DNA of 64,000 bases, taken from the IMG/VR virus record IMGVR_UViG_3300042400_000444; one strand, 5' to 3'. Below are positions 1-10,755 of the stretch, piece after piece. The position numbers and the translations under genes are program-made. Positions within the stretch are counted from its first letter, which is position 1. The number at the start of each line of letters is the position of its first letter. The notes beneath the pieces were generated by a model. That model made no database searches. It was not told the DNA's origin and saw nothing but the letters and a program-made list of their open reading frames with translations. The DNA comes from a virus. Its lineage: Duplodnaviria > Heunggongvirae > Uroviricota > Caudoviricetes.

Positions 1-1366
1 CTGTGCCAAATTTAATTTTTAGCCCTGTGGTAAACTCAATTCCGTTCGGTGAGGTATATTCAGCTAAGCCAATAATTTCTTTATCAACATCAATACTCCA
101 GCTAGACGGTTCAATAATTGTAAATTGTCCGTACAGGTTGGTTGCAGTGCCATCTTGATAGTACATTGTGTTCTGTACACTTGAAATAACCGGAACTTGA
201 TGTAAGAATCCATCATAGTCTTTAAAATATTCGCGGCCTGCATTACTAATGCCCGAACGAACATACACTTTTTTATTCTGTAGTACAGCTTGCACCGGCA
301 CTAATCTAATAATAGTGTCTCCACCATTCTCAATTAGCATTATCTTCCACACGCCGTAACGTTGCGCAGCAGACACTACAAATCCTGCATCGAACTCGTC
401 TACTTCTATAGCAGTGTTATCATACAGACCCGGAGTAACCCATGCTTCTTCACCGTAATTAGTTAATCGGTCTTGATCAACAAAAATTAATGTTTTGCCA
501 TCAAGGTTTGCTTTTATTTGTGCATACTGTGGGTGTGCCTGAATAAAGTTAGATAACACTTGATGTTGAATTTCTGAATATGCCAATGGAATAGTATAAT
601 CTACATTATATACAAGTTCCATTGACGTAAAATTATCTTGTGCAGTTGATTGCGGTACCATAAATGTAATGGTACCTACATCTGTTCCGTTATTACTTAC
701 ACCCAATATTTCACGTGAACTAATACCCGAAGATTTGTTCATTACGCCATCGATACCGAGCTCTGTTTGTATCCAGAATGGATGGCCGGGCTGATTTACT
801 TCAAATGTATATACACCGCCGCGGGCTAATACAACTGTTCCGTTATTACGACCGGCGTGTTCAAATCGATATCTATTTGTTGTGCCATCTCTATTAACTA
901 CGATGTGAGCTGCTAATTCTACGCCGTTTGTGAATACATCAACTGAGTCAGGACCGTTAGGTAACCAAAAGTATTGGGTAAAGTTAATAAACTTGTCGTA
1001 TGAAATTTGTGGATTAAATGAATAATATTCGGACGAAAATAGTCGACTGTGATTATTTGTTATACCACCATAATATTCAATCTTGTTTAATAAATCAATA
1101 TAACTAGCAAAGAATGTAATATTTTGTTTGTCGTCGCGGCCAACAATACTCGGCTCAAGTTGATAGTTTTGTCGCTTGGCTGAATTTTCTATTAGGTAAC
1201 TATCTTTAGTTTTATACGTTGGCGCAAATTTTCTACCTATATATCCATGTATAGTTTTTAACTCTGGCTCAGCAATTAACTGATCTAAAGTCGCAGATAG
1301 GAATTTACTATTCGTGTCTGTCTGGAATACAGTTGGTAAAAATTTAAGGGTTTTTCTAGATGCCAT
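1..1366 (-). CDS. Large virion structural protein, baseplate or tail associated (partial; runs off the window's left end)
   Basis: Manual translation from ATG at 1366 (MASRKTLKFLPTVFQTDTNSKFLSATLDQLIAEPEL...) stays open to base 2, about 455 codons. It lies directly downstream of the gp6-like gene on the same strand and is absent from the ORF track because there is no stop in the window. Confidence 0.75.
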   Translation of the reverse strand, partial: MASRKTLKFLPTVFQTDTNSKFLSATLDQLIAEPELKTIHGYIGRKFAPTYKTKDSYLIENSAKRQNYQLEPSIVGRDDKQNITFFASYIDLLNKIEYYGGITNNHSRLFSSEYYSFNPQISYDKFINFTQYFWLPNGPDSVDVFTNGVELAAHIVVNRDGTTNRYRFEHAGRNNGTVVLARGGVYTFEVNQPGHPFWIQTELGIDGVMNKSSGISSREILGVSNNGTDVGTITFMVPQSTAQDNFTSMELVYNVDYTIPLAYSEIQHQVLSNFIQAHPQYAQIKANLDGKTLIFVDQDRLTNYGEEAWVTPGLYDNTAIEVDEFDAGFVVSAAQRYGVWKIMLIENGGDTIIRLVPVQAVLQNKKVYVRSGISNAGREYFKDYDGFLHQVPVISSVQNTMYYQDGTATNLYGQFTIIEPSSWSIDVDKEIIGLAEYTSPNGIEFTTGLKIKFGT

Positions 1367-1392
1367 TATTAATTCTCAGTGTTATATAGTAT

Positions 1393-4300
1393 TTAAGCCA
1401 GAACAATTTGGTTGATTTGCGCCGCTGTAATAGCACTAATTACCTGTATATTGTCAACTGTTGCTGCACTTGTAATAATTTCGTTATACTCAGCATTGAT
1501 TTGTAATAAACTACCAAACGGGCTCGATTCGTTTGATGGAACTATAGTTATACTTGCAATATTAGGAGCAAGTACGCTATGCAAATATGCACTTAATTCA
1601 CTGAAGTAAAATGTTTCACCAAAATCCCAGTTCGAAACATCAAAATAATCATTGATTGCAGTAATTACACTAGTCTTAATGTCGTTATCACTAACAATTA
1701 CCGCAGAATTTTTTACTACTTTAAATGTTGCTTGTAATGCCACCGGCGCCTTAGCACCAAATACTGGTTTAAACTTAGCAGGATTATAGATAATTGTATC
1801 ACTAACACTTTTGTATTTTTCTAGACTTGCAAATTCGGCACCTAGTTCTGCCGATGACGGACGGGTTGGCTCAATTACTGTGCCCGACGAATCCTTAATC
1901 CATGATGTGTAATCAGCCGCAAATTGTTTAGTTAACATATATAGATCGATAATGTTATTTGGGCTTGGGTCAATACGGCGATAGTTCGGACTGTTGTGTC
2001 TGTATTGGAAGTATATATTTTGTCTACCAATTTTAGAAGTGTAACCAGTAATTACATTTAATGTATATACTGCTCCGCTAATAGACAATTCATAATATGT
2101 GTTAGTTGATGGCACATAAAATAATTGACCTGCTTGATATAATGTTTTATCTGACTCTATTTCTAATGCTGTGCCATAAGTTGATATTATTGTTGCATTG
2201 CTTACTGGTAGTTGATTAGTAAAATTATCATAGCCAGCAGTTGCTTTAAAATATACATATTTAGATTCTGTAAATGTATATGGAGAAACTATAAGGTCGA
2301 ATAACTCCGGATTATCTGGAATACCATCGTTATTTGCGTCAGGGAAGGTTACTAAAATTCTATTAGGATTTGAATATCCGTCGACATCAATAATATTTTT
2401 ATGAATATACCATATATAATCTAATGCCTGTGGAGTAGTATCATCTGGGTTAGAATTTATTTTTAACACTTTAATTTGATCGTGTAGTGTTATTCCTGTT
2501 TTGGGATCGTAGATTTTTACTGTATTGTCAAAATAGAAGTTAGTTTCGAGCTCACTTTCAAATACATAATCTAGCCCACGATACGTTACAGTATATGTCT
2601 GTCCGATTGTTTTAAAATAAATCATCCAACTAGAATCAAGTCCTGTTCCGCTGGTGTTACCTGCATATTGTAAATTAAATGCAGCAGTGCTTAAATCTTG
2701 TGGTTTGATTAATACCCAACTACTAGTTGCAATATCGTAACGAATACCAAAATCTTCGTATGCCAACGTATATGCTACCATTGATTCCACTACTGCTGTT
2801 GAAAAACTATTATTAAATACCGCGTACACAGACACAGCAATTGCACCGGACGGAACATTTCCGCCTAATGTTATCGGACCTGTTCCGTTAGATAAATTCC
2901 CTTGGCCAGCATTTGTTCCATCTGCCAGCACAGTATCAACAACAACATACAAATCTTTCTTATCACCTGTTTTGCTCGGTACTCCCAGTTGAATATTGTT
3001 GCGGGCATCAAAATAATTTCCGGCACCTGCCGAGAATTTAATTATAGAACCCGGTTTGATATACGAATTATTATTACTAACAATATCGCCAACTTGTAAT
3101 ATTTTGTCAAGGCTGTTTACGAAATACCCAGTCGAACTATTTGCTGCCACTGTCGAATGTTGCCACCGAACATCTGGTAATACCAATGGCGCACGGAAAT
3201 AGAAAGCATAAAAATAATGCAACATTTCTTGTGATGTTACTAGCGGAACAACATTATTATATATTGTTCTGTAAATATCGTTACGAGTTACAAATTCAAA
3301 TGAGAATGTATTTTGAGTTTCATCTCTATATAAGATACCATCTTCTGCAAAGATGTTAGTACTCGAATATTTGCCGGTTGTATCAATAACATCCAAGTAA
3401 CGACTTACACCAGAACTTGTACGGTTAACTGCTTTAGCTTTTAGCACGTTGCTGAACAATGTGTAAGGAAGAATATTGTAATCTTCACCGGTAACCATAC
3501 GATCACGTGTGTAATATTGTTGTGGTGCTTTTTGTCTAATTTCCTCAATCGTTTCACGAGGACTTGCATTTGCTACTGTGTATTGCAAACTCGCAGTAAT
3601 GTTAATTGTTTCAATTCTGCCAGAACGGCTAGTGTAATTAATTGGAATAACGACGTGTTGCATTTCGTCCGGTGTAATTTTATAATTGGCGCCAGTACTT
3701 GTTCTGTAATATAATCTGTAGTTACCTTGTGGAATGTTAGCAAATGAGCCATCACCAAATATTAAATCAATTTGATCGCCTGCACGTGTGTTTACTTGAT
3801 ATATGTTTTTATTTGATTGTTTATTATATATAACATTGGACACTCCGACAGCTGGAACCGGCACCCACTCTGTACTCGGTTGTCCGTTTGTATCTAAACT
3901 ATATAACCATACATCGGTATTATTAATATTGTTGGTGTTTATACTATGCACTCTATTAGGAATACTTTCTGCAAAATTAAAATCAATACTTTGCAATTCA
4001 CCTTGTTTAAAATATAAGAAAAAACCGGTATTGGCAGATGCATTACCCAGGTTATCATTTCTGTATAATACATTAAATGAACTATTTGGACGTGGATTAG
4101 CTTCGTAAACATACGTTTGCCCTGCACTAGTCGGGCTAACTACTTCAAATGTTGTTTGTGTTCCTTCGATTGCAGCACGATATCTATAAGTTGCAATAAT
4201 ATTTGCTACTAAATTTATTTGATATTCACTTGTTGTGATACCATTTATAAGTTGACTATTACCTGGCTTACCCACTGTTTGGCTCGATGATAAACTTGCA

Positions 4301-4782
4301 TTAAGTATCGTTGTAAATTGCTCTAACCAATTGTCATTACCACTATCTGCCCAGCTAATAACTAACCCAGCAAGATTTAATCCGTTACTATCGTATACTG
4401 ATTCAGTTGTGCTAATGCCATCAATCTTTAAATAACCCGATGATGCGATATTGCGTTTAGGAACGTAACTAATAAGACGTGCAAGTTTAAATACACTGTC
4501 GCGACGTTGTGCTGTATCAATGAAGTTTTCACGAGCATTTAAGTCTGTACGGAATGCAAGACTTTGGCCCATAAATGCGATTAAATCAATAAGTGCAATG
4601 AATTCACTTGATTCAGTAAAGTCATTAAAATCTTCAGGATAGTATAAGCGTAAGTAATCAATCATCGACTTACGAAGTGTTTCGTAATCGTAGCTTTGAA
4701 AGTCCGCATTACGGAAGGTTTGATAGATCTTAGTCCAATCTTCAGCAACTAATAAACTGGTTTGTCTTGTGGTAATAGCCAT
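1393..4782 (-). CDS. gp6: Baseplate wedge subunit, T4 gp6-like (1129 aa, with large insertions)
   Basis: N-terminal DFQSYDYETLRKSMIDYL...DFTESSEFIALIDLIAF...ARENFIDTAQRRDSV and internal ETIEEIRQKAPQQYYTRDRMVTGEDY are typical gp6/baseplate-J motifs; adjacent to gp25. Confidence 0.85.
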   Translation of the reverse strand: MAITTRQTSLLVAEDWTKIYQTFRNADFQSYDYETLRKSMIDYLRLYYPEDFNDFTESSEFIALIDLIAFMGQSLAFRTDLNARENFIDTAQRRDSVFKLARLISYVPKRNIASSGYLKIDGISTTESVYDSNGLNLAGLVISWADSGNDNWLEQFTTILNASLSSSQTVGKPGNSQLINGITTSEYQINLVANIIATYRYRAAIEGTQTTFEVVSPTSAGQTYVYEANPRPNSSFNVLYRNDNLGNASANTGFFLYFKQGELQSIDFNFAESIPNRVHSINTNNINNTDVWLYSLDTNGQPSTEWVPVPAVGVSNVIYNKQSNKNIYQVNTRAGDQIDLIFGDGSFANIPQGNYRLYYRTSTGANYKITPDEMQHVVIPINYTSRSGRIETINITASLQYTVANASPRETIEEIRQKAPQQYYTRDRMVTGEDYNILPYTLFSNVLKAKAVNRTSSGVSRYLDVIDTTGKYSSTNIFAEDGILYRDETQNTFSFEFVTRNDIYRTIYNNVVPLVTSQEMLHYFYAFYFRAPLVLPDVRWQHSTVAANSSTGYFVNSLDKILQVGDIVSNNNSYIKPGSIIKFSAGAGNYFDARNNIQLGVPSKTGDKKDLYVVVDTVLADGTNAGQGNLSNGTGPITLGGNVPSGAIAVSVYAVFNNSFSTAVVESMVAYTLAYEDFGIRYDIATSSWVLIKPQDLSTAAFNLQYAGNTSGTGLDSSWMIYFKTIGQTYTVTYRGLDYVFESELETNFYFDNTVKIYDPKTGITLHDQIKVLKINSNPDDTTPQALDYIWYIHKNIIDVDGYSNPNRILVTFPDANNDGIPDNPELFDLIVSPYTFTESKYVYFKATAGYDNFTNQLPVSNATIISTYGTALEIESDKTLYQAGQLFYVPSTNTYYELSISGAVYTLNVITGYTSKIGRQNIYFQYRHNSPNYRRIDPSPNNIIDLYMLTKQFAADYTSWIKDSSGTVIEPTRPSSAELGAEFASLEKYKSVSDTIIYNPAKFKPVFGAKAPVALQATFKVVKNSAVIVSDNDIKTSVITAINDYFDVSNWDFGETFYFSELSAYLHSVLAPNIASITIVPSNESSPFGSLLQINAEYNEIITSAATVDNIQVISAITAAQINQIVLA

Positions 4783-4832
4783 ACTAATTCCCTGTTATAA
4801 TGTATTTATTTAAGGAAAAAGTACGTATTTAA

Positions 4833-5210
4833 TTAAAAGGCAGAAAGTGATTTAGTTTGATTATTGAATTGTAGATTCATTGCGCTAGTCTGATTTGTTT
4901 GCAAATAACGCACAGTCAAGGCTAATTGTAGCCCTTGATCGTATTCAGTTATCACTACACTATCAACACTAATTCGTGGGTCATAGCTAACAATTTGATT
5001 TACATCAGCTATTATAATGGCTTTAAGGTCTTCTGTCAATGGGTCATATAACACATTCCAGATAATGGTACCAAAATTCGGATTCATTAACTTCTCACCT
5101 TTACGTATGTTAAAGTGATTAATTAAATCTTGTTTCACCAGTGCGGCATCTGTCAATCGAAACTTTCTCGATCTCCCAATGGTACTGAATCCTCTATACA
5201 TGTTAGCCAT
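4833..5210 (-). CDS. gp25: Baseplate wedge subunit, gp25-like
   Basis: LVKQDLINHFNIRKGEKLMNPNFGTIIWNVLYDP...YDPRI is the GPW/gp25 family signature; 125 aa. Confidence 0.9.
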   Translation of the reverse strand: MANMYRGFSTIGRSRKFRLTDAALVKQDLINHFNIRKGEKLMNPNFGTIIWNVLYDPLTEDLKAIIIADVNQIVSYDPRISVDSVVITEYDQGLQLALTVRYLQTNQTSAMNLQFNNQTKSLSAF

Positions 5211-5218
5211 ATTAATAT

Positions 5219-7318
5219 TTATCCTGCTTGTATCGCTGCAACTTTTGGCGCCATTTGGGTAACTGCATACTTGCCTCTATTATAGTACTCGCGGTACGGA
5301 TTGCCTTGGTAATTATCGGGAATTTCCTTTGCTCTCCACTTTTGAGCATTACCTACACCAAACCAGGCAACTTGCATTATTCCACCAACTTCGCCCGGTG
5401 TATCATCTTTAGTAAGTACACCATTAGATACTAATCTAGTGTAGCTTAGTTGTTGATATTCCAACGCCATCGTTTCTTGTGTATCTTGTGCTTTATAATA
5501 TTCTTGGATATTGTGAATGCCACCTTTACCTGTCCAGGCATTGGGGTTAGTTAAAACCGAGTTATCATTTGGCGAATAGCCTTTTTTAATATACCCAATA
5601 TCTTGTAGTGCTCCTGTACCAAATTGATATTTTCCAGCAAACCCTAACCCATTTATTACATGATATTGGTCTGGAAATTTCTTAGGATCAAATCCACCGC
5701 TTTCACTTTTAGCAAGTTGTGCCAATAATGCTGTGGTCTCTTCTTTAGTTAATGTACCAATTGTGTCTGTTGCTAGTTTTGCGTTTCTAATATCAGCATC
5801 GGTCACTTGATTAGTAACTCCACTGCCACCATCTTTAGTTGCATCGTTATTTCCAGAATAGGATTGTCGCGGCATAATTTTAGCAGTTTCTGGCTCACCA
5901 GGAGGCGATTGGTTGCGCATATAAAATGGTTCGTGTCCTGGCGCAATTGATACAATAGAACTAATTTTGCCAGCGATATTTTTATACAATCCAGTGTTAG
6001 GATCTGCTAATGTGTCAGGATGTGAATTTAGCGGAATCATTTTAAGTGCAGTGACATCAACTCCTTTATCTGTTAACATTGATAAACTGCCTGCATCTTC
6101 GATTATTTTGGAACCAGCCTTCAATGATATTTGACCGGCTGTATCTACGTTAAAATTTCCGCCAGTTTTAACGTCAAATTTTCCGGTGGTTTGTAAATTT
6201 ATCCCGCCGCCGCCTGTAAGTACATTAAATTTTGCTGCATCAAATTGTATTGCGTTTTCAGCACGTACACTAAACTTGCCGCCTGCGTTCATAGTAATAT
6301 TTTTATCAGCATGCATATTAATAGAACCCTGTGTTCTAAGATTAAATCCGCCTGCTGCAAATATATCAAGTCTACCCTCTGGTCCTAATTCGAGCCACAC
6401 TTTGCCTTCTGCATTTGCAATATACATTGTATTATCGCTATCGTGCATGATTATTTGATGGCCATTTGCAGTACGTAATCTAACTAATTGGTCAACTCCT
6501 GCAACACTACCATCATCCATAACAAATGTGTGGCCACCTCTGCGAGTAGTTACTGCATAATCATCTTCTGTTAACGTGCCTGCGGCTAATTTGGCTGCGA
6601 ACGCTGGACTATCAGCTGGGTCATTTTTATACGGACGGCCCGGGGTACTAATACCAAATACATTACTCGGACTTTCGCGTTGGCTACTACTTGTAATAGT
6701 GCCGCGAGTATTATCTCTATCTAGCCCTTGTACTACTAGTCGACGAAATTGTTCTTCGTGTATCGGTTTAGCCTGTGTTGCAAATCTAGTACGATCTACG
6801 TTTGGGTCGTTAATATTAAATTCCGACACAGGATATTGAAATCCCGGAGTAATAGCTTTCTTAACATCTGCACTTGCAGATGAGGAATCGATGTGGGTAG
6901 AACTAGCCATTCCCGGTAACATGTGTCTGTTTATTGCTGAGTTAACACAAGCTAACCAATATCCTTTTAACGGGTCTCCTGCTATAAACAGTACAATAAC
7001 CTCAACTCCGATGTCGGGTGGTACCATCCACATACCATATGTATGTGGGGTTTGTTCAAATGAGTTTACTGTACTTTTTGAGGTTAAATTTGTGGTACCC
7101 ATAAAAGGGCTTGCGTAACTAACTGTACGCCAGTTTTGCGGCTCATCTGGTTCCCCACCGTTTTCTGGAATCCATACTTGTAATCTTCCGCATCGTGTAG
7201 GGTCTAAATTATTTTTTACAATACCAATGTACGGAAATGGGTCAACCCGGATACCAGCTGCTTCTTCTCTAAGCAGTGCTTTATTAATTTTAGTACCAAT
7301 TCTACGATCTATTGCCAT
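5219..7318 (-). CDS. gp5: Baseplate central spike, gp5/VgrG-like, with OB-fold, beta-helix and C-terminal lysozyme-like domain
   Basis: N-terminal GIVKNNLDPTRCGRLQVWIP...WRTVSYASPF...GMWMVPPDIGVEVIVLFIAGDPLKGYW (OB-fold); GHTFVMDDG...LRTANGHQIIMHDS beta-repeats; C-terminal KSESGG...GFAGKYQFG. Confidence 0.8.
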   Translation of the reverse strand: MAIDRRIGTKINKALLREEAAGIRVDPFPYIGIVKNNLDPTRCGRLQVWIPENGGEPDEPQNWRTVSYASPFMGTTNLTSKSTVNSFEQTPHTYGMWMVPPDIGVEVIVLFIAGDPLKGYWLACVNSAINRHMLPGMASSTHIDSSSASADVKKAITPGFQYPVSEFNINDPNVDRTRFATQAKPIHEEQFRRLVVQGLDRDNTRGTITSSSQRESPSNVFGISTPGRPYKNDPADSPAFAAKLAAGTLTEDDYAVTTRRGGHTFVMDDGSVAGVDQLVRLRTANGHQIIMHDSDNTMYIANAEGKVWLELGPEGRLDIFAAGGFNLRTQGSINMHADKNITMNAGGKFSVRAENAIQFDAAKFNVLTGGGGINLQTTGKFDVKTGGNFNVDTAGQISLKAGSKIIEDAGSLSMLTDKGVDVTALKMIPLNSHPDTLADPNTGLYKNIAGKISSIVSIAPGHEPFYMRNQSPPGEPETAKIMPRQSYSGNNDATKDGGSGVTNQVTDADIRNAKLATDTIGTLTKEETTALLAQLAKSESGGFDPKKFPDQYHVINGLGFAGKYQFGTGALQDIGYIKKGYSPNDNSVLTNPNAWTGKGGIHNIQEYYKAQDTQETMALEYQQLSYTRLVSNGVLTKDDTPGEVGGIMQVAWFGVGNAQKWRAKEIPDNYQGNPYREYYNRGKYAVTQMAPKVAAIQAG

Positions 7319-7329
7319 TGATTACTTTC

Positions 7330-10300
7330 CTATGGAGTAGCTTGCAATTTACTTGCTAATTCAGTTCTTGCTGTTTGTAATAATTTTATTGAATTTTGTA
7401 GTTCATTAACTCTGCCTTGTGCGGCGGCAATGGCCGCGACATCTGCTGATTTGATTTTTAATATATCAAGAGCTCCTCTTGCCCCTAACAGCGAATTTTG
7501 ATTAGTTGTAATAAGTGAATCGAGAGAGCTAATATTTCTGTTAATTTCTAAATTCGCGGCAGCAATATCACCGATTGTTTTTGCAGTTGTTGGAGCAACT
7601 GCCGCAGGGGCATTTGCATCAGTTATTGCTGTGGTAGATCCATCTGCTTTAATAGCCGCTAGTTTTGGGTCAATCCCAGACGGAGTTACAGTACCCACTT
7701 CTGTTTTAGCTTCATTAACCAAATCTTCTGCGGCGGCTACTTTAGCAATAGGTGTACCGGTTTGGTTGATTAGTGCAGTGCCAGCGGTAGGTGTTTGGCC
7801 TGTTGTTTCACTGCGTTGATTACTACTTTCTTTACTTGCGGTTGCAGGAGTATCTTGATTAGGATATCTAATTAAATTTAGCACTTGCGTGAACTTACCA
7901 TTGTTGAAATCATTACCGACCTGGTTTATTTTATATAATCCAGAAAAGCCGCTGCCTTTATATTTAGGGTCAAATGTCATTAACCCATTGTCTTCATTAA
8001 TATCTACAGGGGTCTTAAAAGTTAAATTACAAAATATTTCTTTGGTATCCATTACTAAACTACCGTTCGGTGTTATAAAATGAGTCTGTAGCTCGACTTG
8101 TCCATTTACATCATACGTATTAGGATAAAACATATCGTCTTGTTTAATAAATTCCGGATCTCCGACTATTGTAAGATCTACTACTAGCATATCAGCGCCA
8201 GACAATGCCATTAGTGAAGAAGCCAAGTCTGCGGCTATCACTTCTTTTGCTGTTTTTGCTCCGCCGGCGGCACGGGTACGTTCATCACCGATACCAATTT
8301 TAACTTGTGTCGGTGTAATTGTATTTTGATTTGCTTGTGTTTGCACTACATTGCACGATAGGCCATCGTCGGCATATTGACCTGCTACTCCAGCGTTACT
8401 CATTTCACGTGATGTAAATGCTGTTCTAGAAAGAAAGTACATTGCATCAAATTTAAGATCTACATTTATTATGTCATCATTTTTGCCGGTGTATATGTAA
8501 TTGTACTGCTTTACTGCATCGTTATGTTTTGCTTTTCCTTGTGGTGCTTCTTCAATCTTAACATTAAATATCTCATACGGTAATACTTCGTATGTAATAT
8601 CTTTAGCAAATACATTGGTGGCTATGTCAAATTTTCTCAATTTAATTTTAGGAATAATTTTAAACCATTTTACTGTTTCATTTTCTTTATTTAATAATTC
8701 TGTTGTTTGTGCGTTAAGATTCTTGTTGATTGCATTTTTATCCGTTAATTGAGACAATATATATTGACTATTTCGTATAATTAATGTCACAACACTATCG
8801 ATCGAATCTCCTTTTTGTATAGGAAATGTTCGCTGGTTTAGATTTAATGCAGCAGTTAATGCTCCTGCATTGGCTTGCCTGATATCTTGCGTATTACCAA
8901 CATCTGCCATTGGAGCATTTGCTGGGGTTGCTGTTTTTTCACTATCATACATAGGCTGAATAGCAATAGTAGGGTGTACATTAAAACTATATCTATTAGC
9001 TTCTTTTTGTGCTGTAGTTTTTTCTATTTGTATTTCATAAGCATTTAACGCATCTGCATACGATTTAGCTTTGTATACCTGATCTGCACTATATGCTTTA
9101 TTAAATGCCGCAATATCAGTAGTTATGCCGCCGCCCGCAACAGGGACTTCCTGTCCATCACGGCCAACAATTACTCCACGACGAGTGCGTTCACCACCTG
9201 CATCTGCTACCTGGGCTGCTAAATCGTTTGCACCAGTATCCGAACCTACTAGCAGTCCGCCCACTGTACCCGCAGTGAGTTGTAAGTTAATTTTAGTATT
9301 AACATTCGATTCATTGAATGCTTGGTGACTATATGGTTGCGCAGCTATTTGATATTCTGTTCCTTGATGTGTTAATTTTACTCCACATGTTAGAATTTTA
9401 ATTGGCATGCGTTTAGTTATATTTGGAATAGGCGACTGTACATTACCATCATCATCTGTTCCAAAAAAATCAATTTGAATTAGATAAGGATTGTCTAGAT
9501 AATTGTAAGACCCACCTACTATTTTAGATGCCTCTATTAATCTATCTAAGAATGTCATGCCGTACGGTTCTATTAACGTAAAAGTCATGTCAATAGCATT
9601 AGTTGCCCTGTTGCGCTCACCTAACCCGATTATTGTTGTTAGATGAAGATTCGAAAAGTAAAAGTCTTCGCCAAATTCCGGGGCTCTGCCAAATGCGTTT
9701 GCTCCAGTTTTTTGTGCATTCCATCTGCCAGCACTTGCCACCAATACATGTGATGGGGTATACTCACCTTTCTCAACAATTGTATTATAATCTTCAATAG
9801 TTAATAAATGTAGACTTATGCCGTACGTGTAACTTGGATAGGCATGTAATGGATTTGGGCGAGCACTAGCATTTGTACTATTAGCAACTGTGGCTTTTTG
9901 CTCGCCAGCGGTAGCTTCGTTTGCATTGCTAGCAGGTGACGTTACTGCCACTGGGCCGGATGCATTGTTTATAGATGCTCGTTGAACTGTAGTTAATGGA
10001 ATACCGGCAGTTGCTGGAACAATCTCAGCAGGTTGCGGTTGTGGAGCAACTGCTACTTGCGTTGGGGCATCAACAACTCGGCCCATTGATTTCATTGATG
10101 CAATATTATTAGTTACTTGTGTTCGCTGTTCTTTAACTCGAGATGAGGCAGTTGCTTGACCTTGCCAAGCTGATAAAGCATTTTTCTTAGGTTCACCATC
10201 TTCGAGCGCATCAATTTCTGTTTTAAGAGCTTCCATCCGTTCGGGCCATCCGCACACACGAGATTCTTCTTTGGATGCGGCTAAATCAGCTTCAACTGCT

Positions 10301-10446
10301 GCAACCTCAGCAGTTGTAACAGTTTCACTATTTATTACCCAATTTAATGTTGTTTCAGCAATAGCATGAGCACGTTCCCACACTGAGTCACTAAGTTGCA
10401 TTAGGCTAATTAATTCTTGTTTTATTTCGGAGTACACCATTGTCAT
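7330..10446 (-). CDS. Probable baseplate hub protein (gp27/GpD-like) with long terminal extensions
   Basis: Lies between the gp53-like and gp5-like genes. The C-terminal part has LTIVGDPEFIKQ...SGLYKINQVGNDFNNGKFTQVLNLIR, as in hub/late-control-D proteins. Confidence 0.55.
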   Translation of the reverse strand: MTMVYSEIKQELISLMQLSDSVWERAHAIAETTLNWVINSETVTTAEVAAVEADLAASKEESRVCGWPERMEALKTEIDALEDGEPKKNALSAWQGQATASSRVKEQRTQVTNNIASMKSMGRVVDAPTQVAVAPQPQPAEIVPATAGIPLTTVQRASINNASGPVAVTSPASNANEATAGEQKATVANSTNASARPNPLHAYPSYTYGISLHLLTIEDYNTIVEKGEYTPSHVLVASAGRWNAQKTGANAFGRAPEFGEDFYFSNLHLTTIIGLGERNRATNAIDMTFTLIEPYGMTFLDRLIEASKIVGGSYNYLDNPYLIQIDFFGTDDDGNVQSPIPNITKRMPIKILTCGVKLTHQGTEYQIAAQPYSHQAFNESNVNTKINLQLTAGTVGGLLVGSDTGANDLAAQVADAGGERTRRGVIVGRDGQEVPVAGGGITTDIAAFNKAYSADQVYKAKSYADALNAYEIQIEKTTAQKEANRYSFNVHPTIAIQPMYDSEKTATPANAPMADVGNTQDIRQANAGALTAALNLNQRTFPIQKGDSIDSVVTLIIRNSQYILSQLTDKNAINKNLNAQTTELLNKENETVKWFKIIPKIKLRKFDIATNVFAKDITYEVLPYEIFNVKIEEAPQGKAKHNDAVKQYNYIYTGKNDDIINVDLKFDAMYFLSRTAFTSREMSNAGVAGQYADDGLSCNVVQTQANQNTITPTQVKIGIGDERTRAAGGAKTAKEVIAADLASSLMALSGADMLVVDLTIVGDPEFIKQDDMFYPNTYDVNGQVELQTHFITPNGSLVMDTKEIFCNLTFKTPVDINEDNGLMTFDPKYKGSGFSGLYKINQVGNDFNNGKFTQVLNLIRYPNQDTPATASKESSNQRSETTGQTPTAGTALINQTGTPIAKVAAAEDLVNEAKTEVGTVTPSGIDPKLAAIKADGSTTAITDANAPAAVAPTTAKTIGDIAAANLEINRNISSLDSLITTNQNSLLGARGALDILKIKSADVAAIAAAQGRVNELQNSIKLLQTARTELASKLQATP

Positions 10447-10449
10447 TTA

Positions 10450-10755
10450 TTATAACCCTAATGCGTTAATAATAGTTGTTTTTTTAGGAATGTAGATAAC
10501 AGTACCTGTAGTAAAATCAAATATTGGATCTTGGATTACGTTCGGGTTGCGCACTGCAAACACCCACCATAAACTACTATCACTATATAAGTCATTTGCA
10601 AGTAAATCAGGGCGAGTTGAATATACTGCATCGATACTGTATAATACATCACTGGGATCTTTAGGTAGTTGTCTATCAGTGGCAATATCTAAAAAATTAC
10701 CAAACATAGTTGTACCGAAGTACGGACTAGTTTTACTATATTGTACCGTTGCCAT
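10450..10755 (-). CDS. gp53: Baseplate wedge LysM-like protein, gp53/tail-X-like
   Basis: YSTRPDLLANDLYSDSSLWWVFAVRNPNVIQDPIFDFTTGTVIYIP fits the gp53/LysM pattern. Confidence 0.75.
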   Translation of the reverse strand: MATVQYSKTSPYFGTTMFGNFLDIATDRQLPKDPSDVLYSIDAVYSTRPDLLANDLYSDSSLWWVFAVRNPNVIQDPIFDFTTGTVIYIPKKTTIINALGL

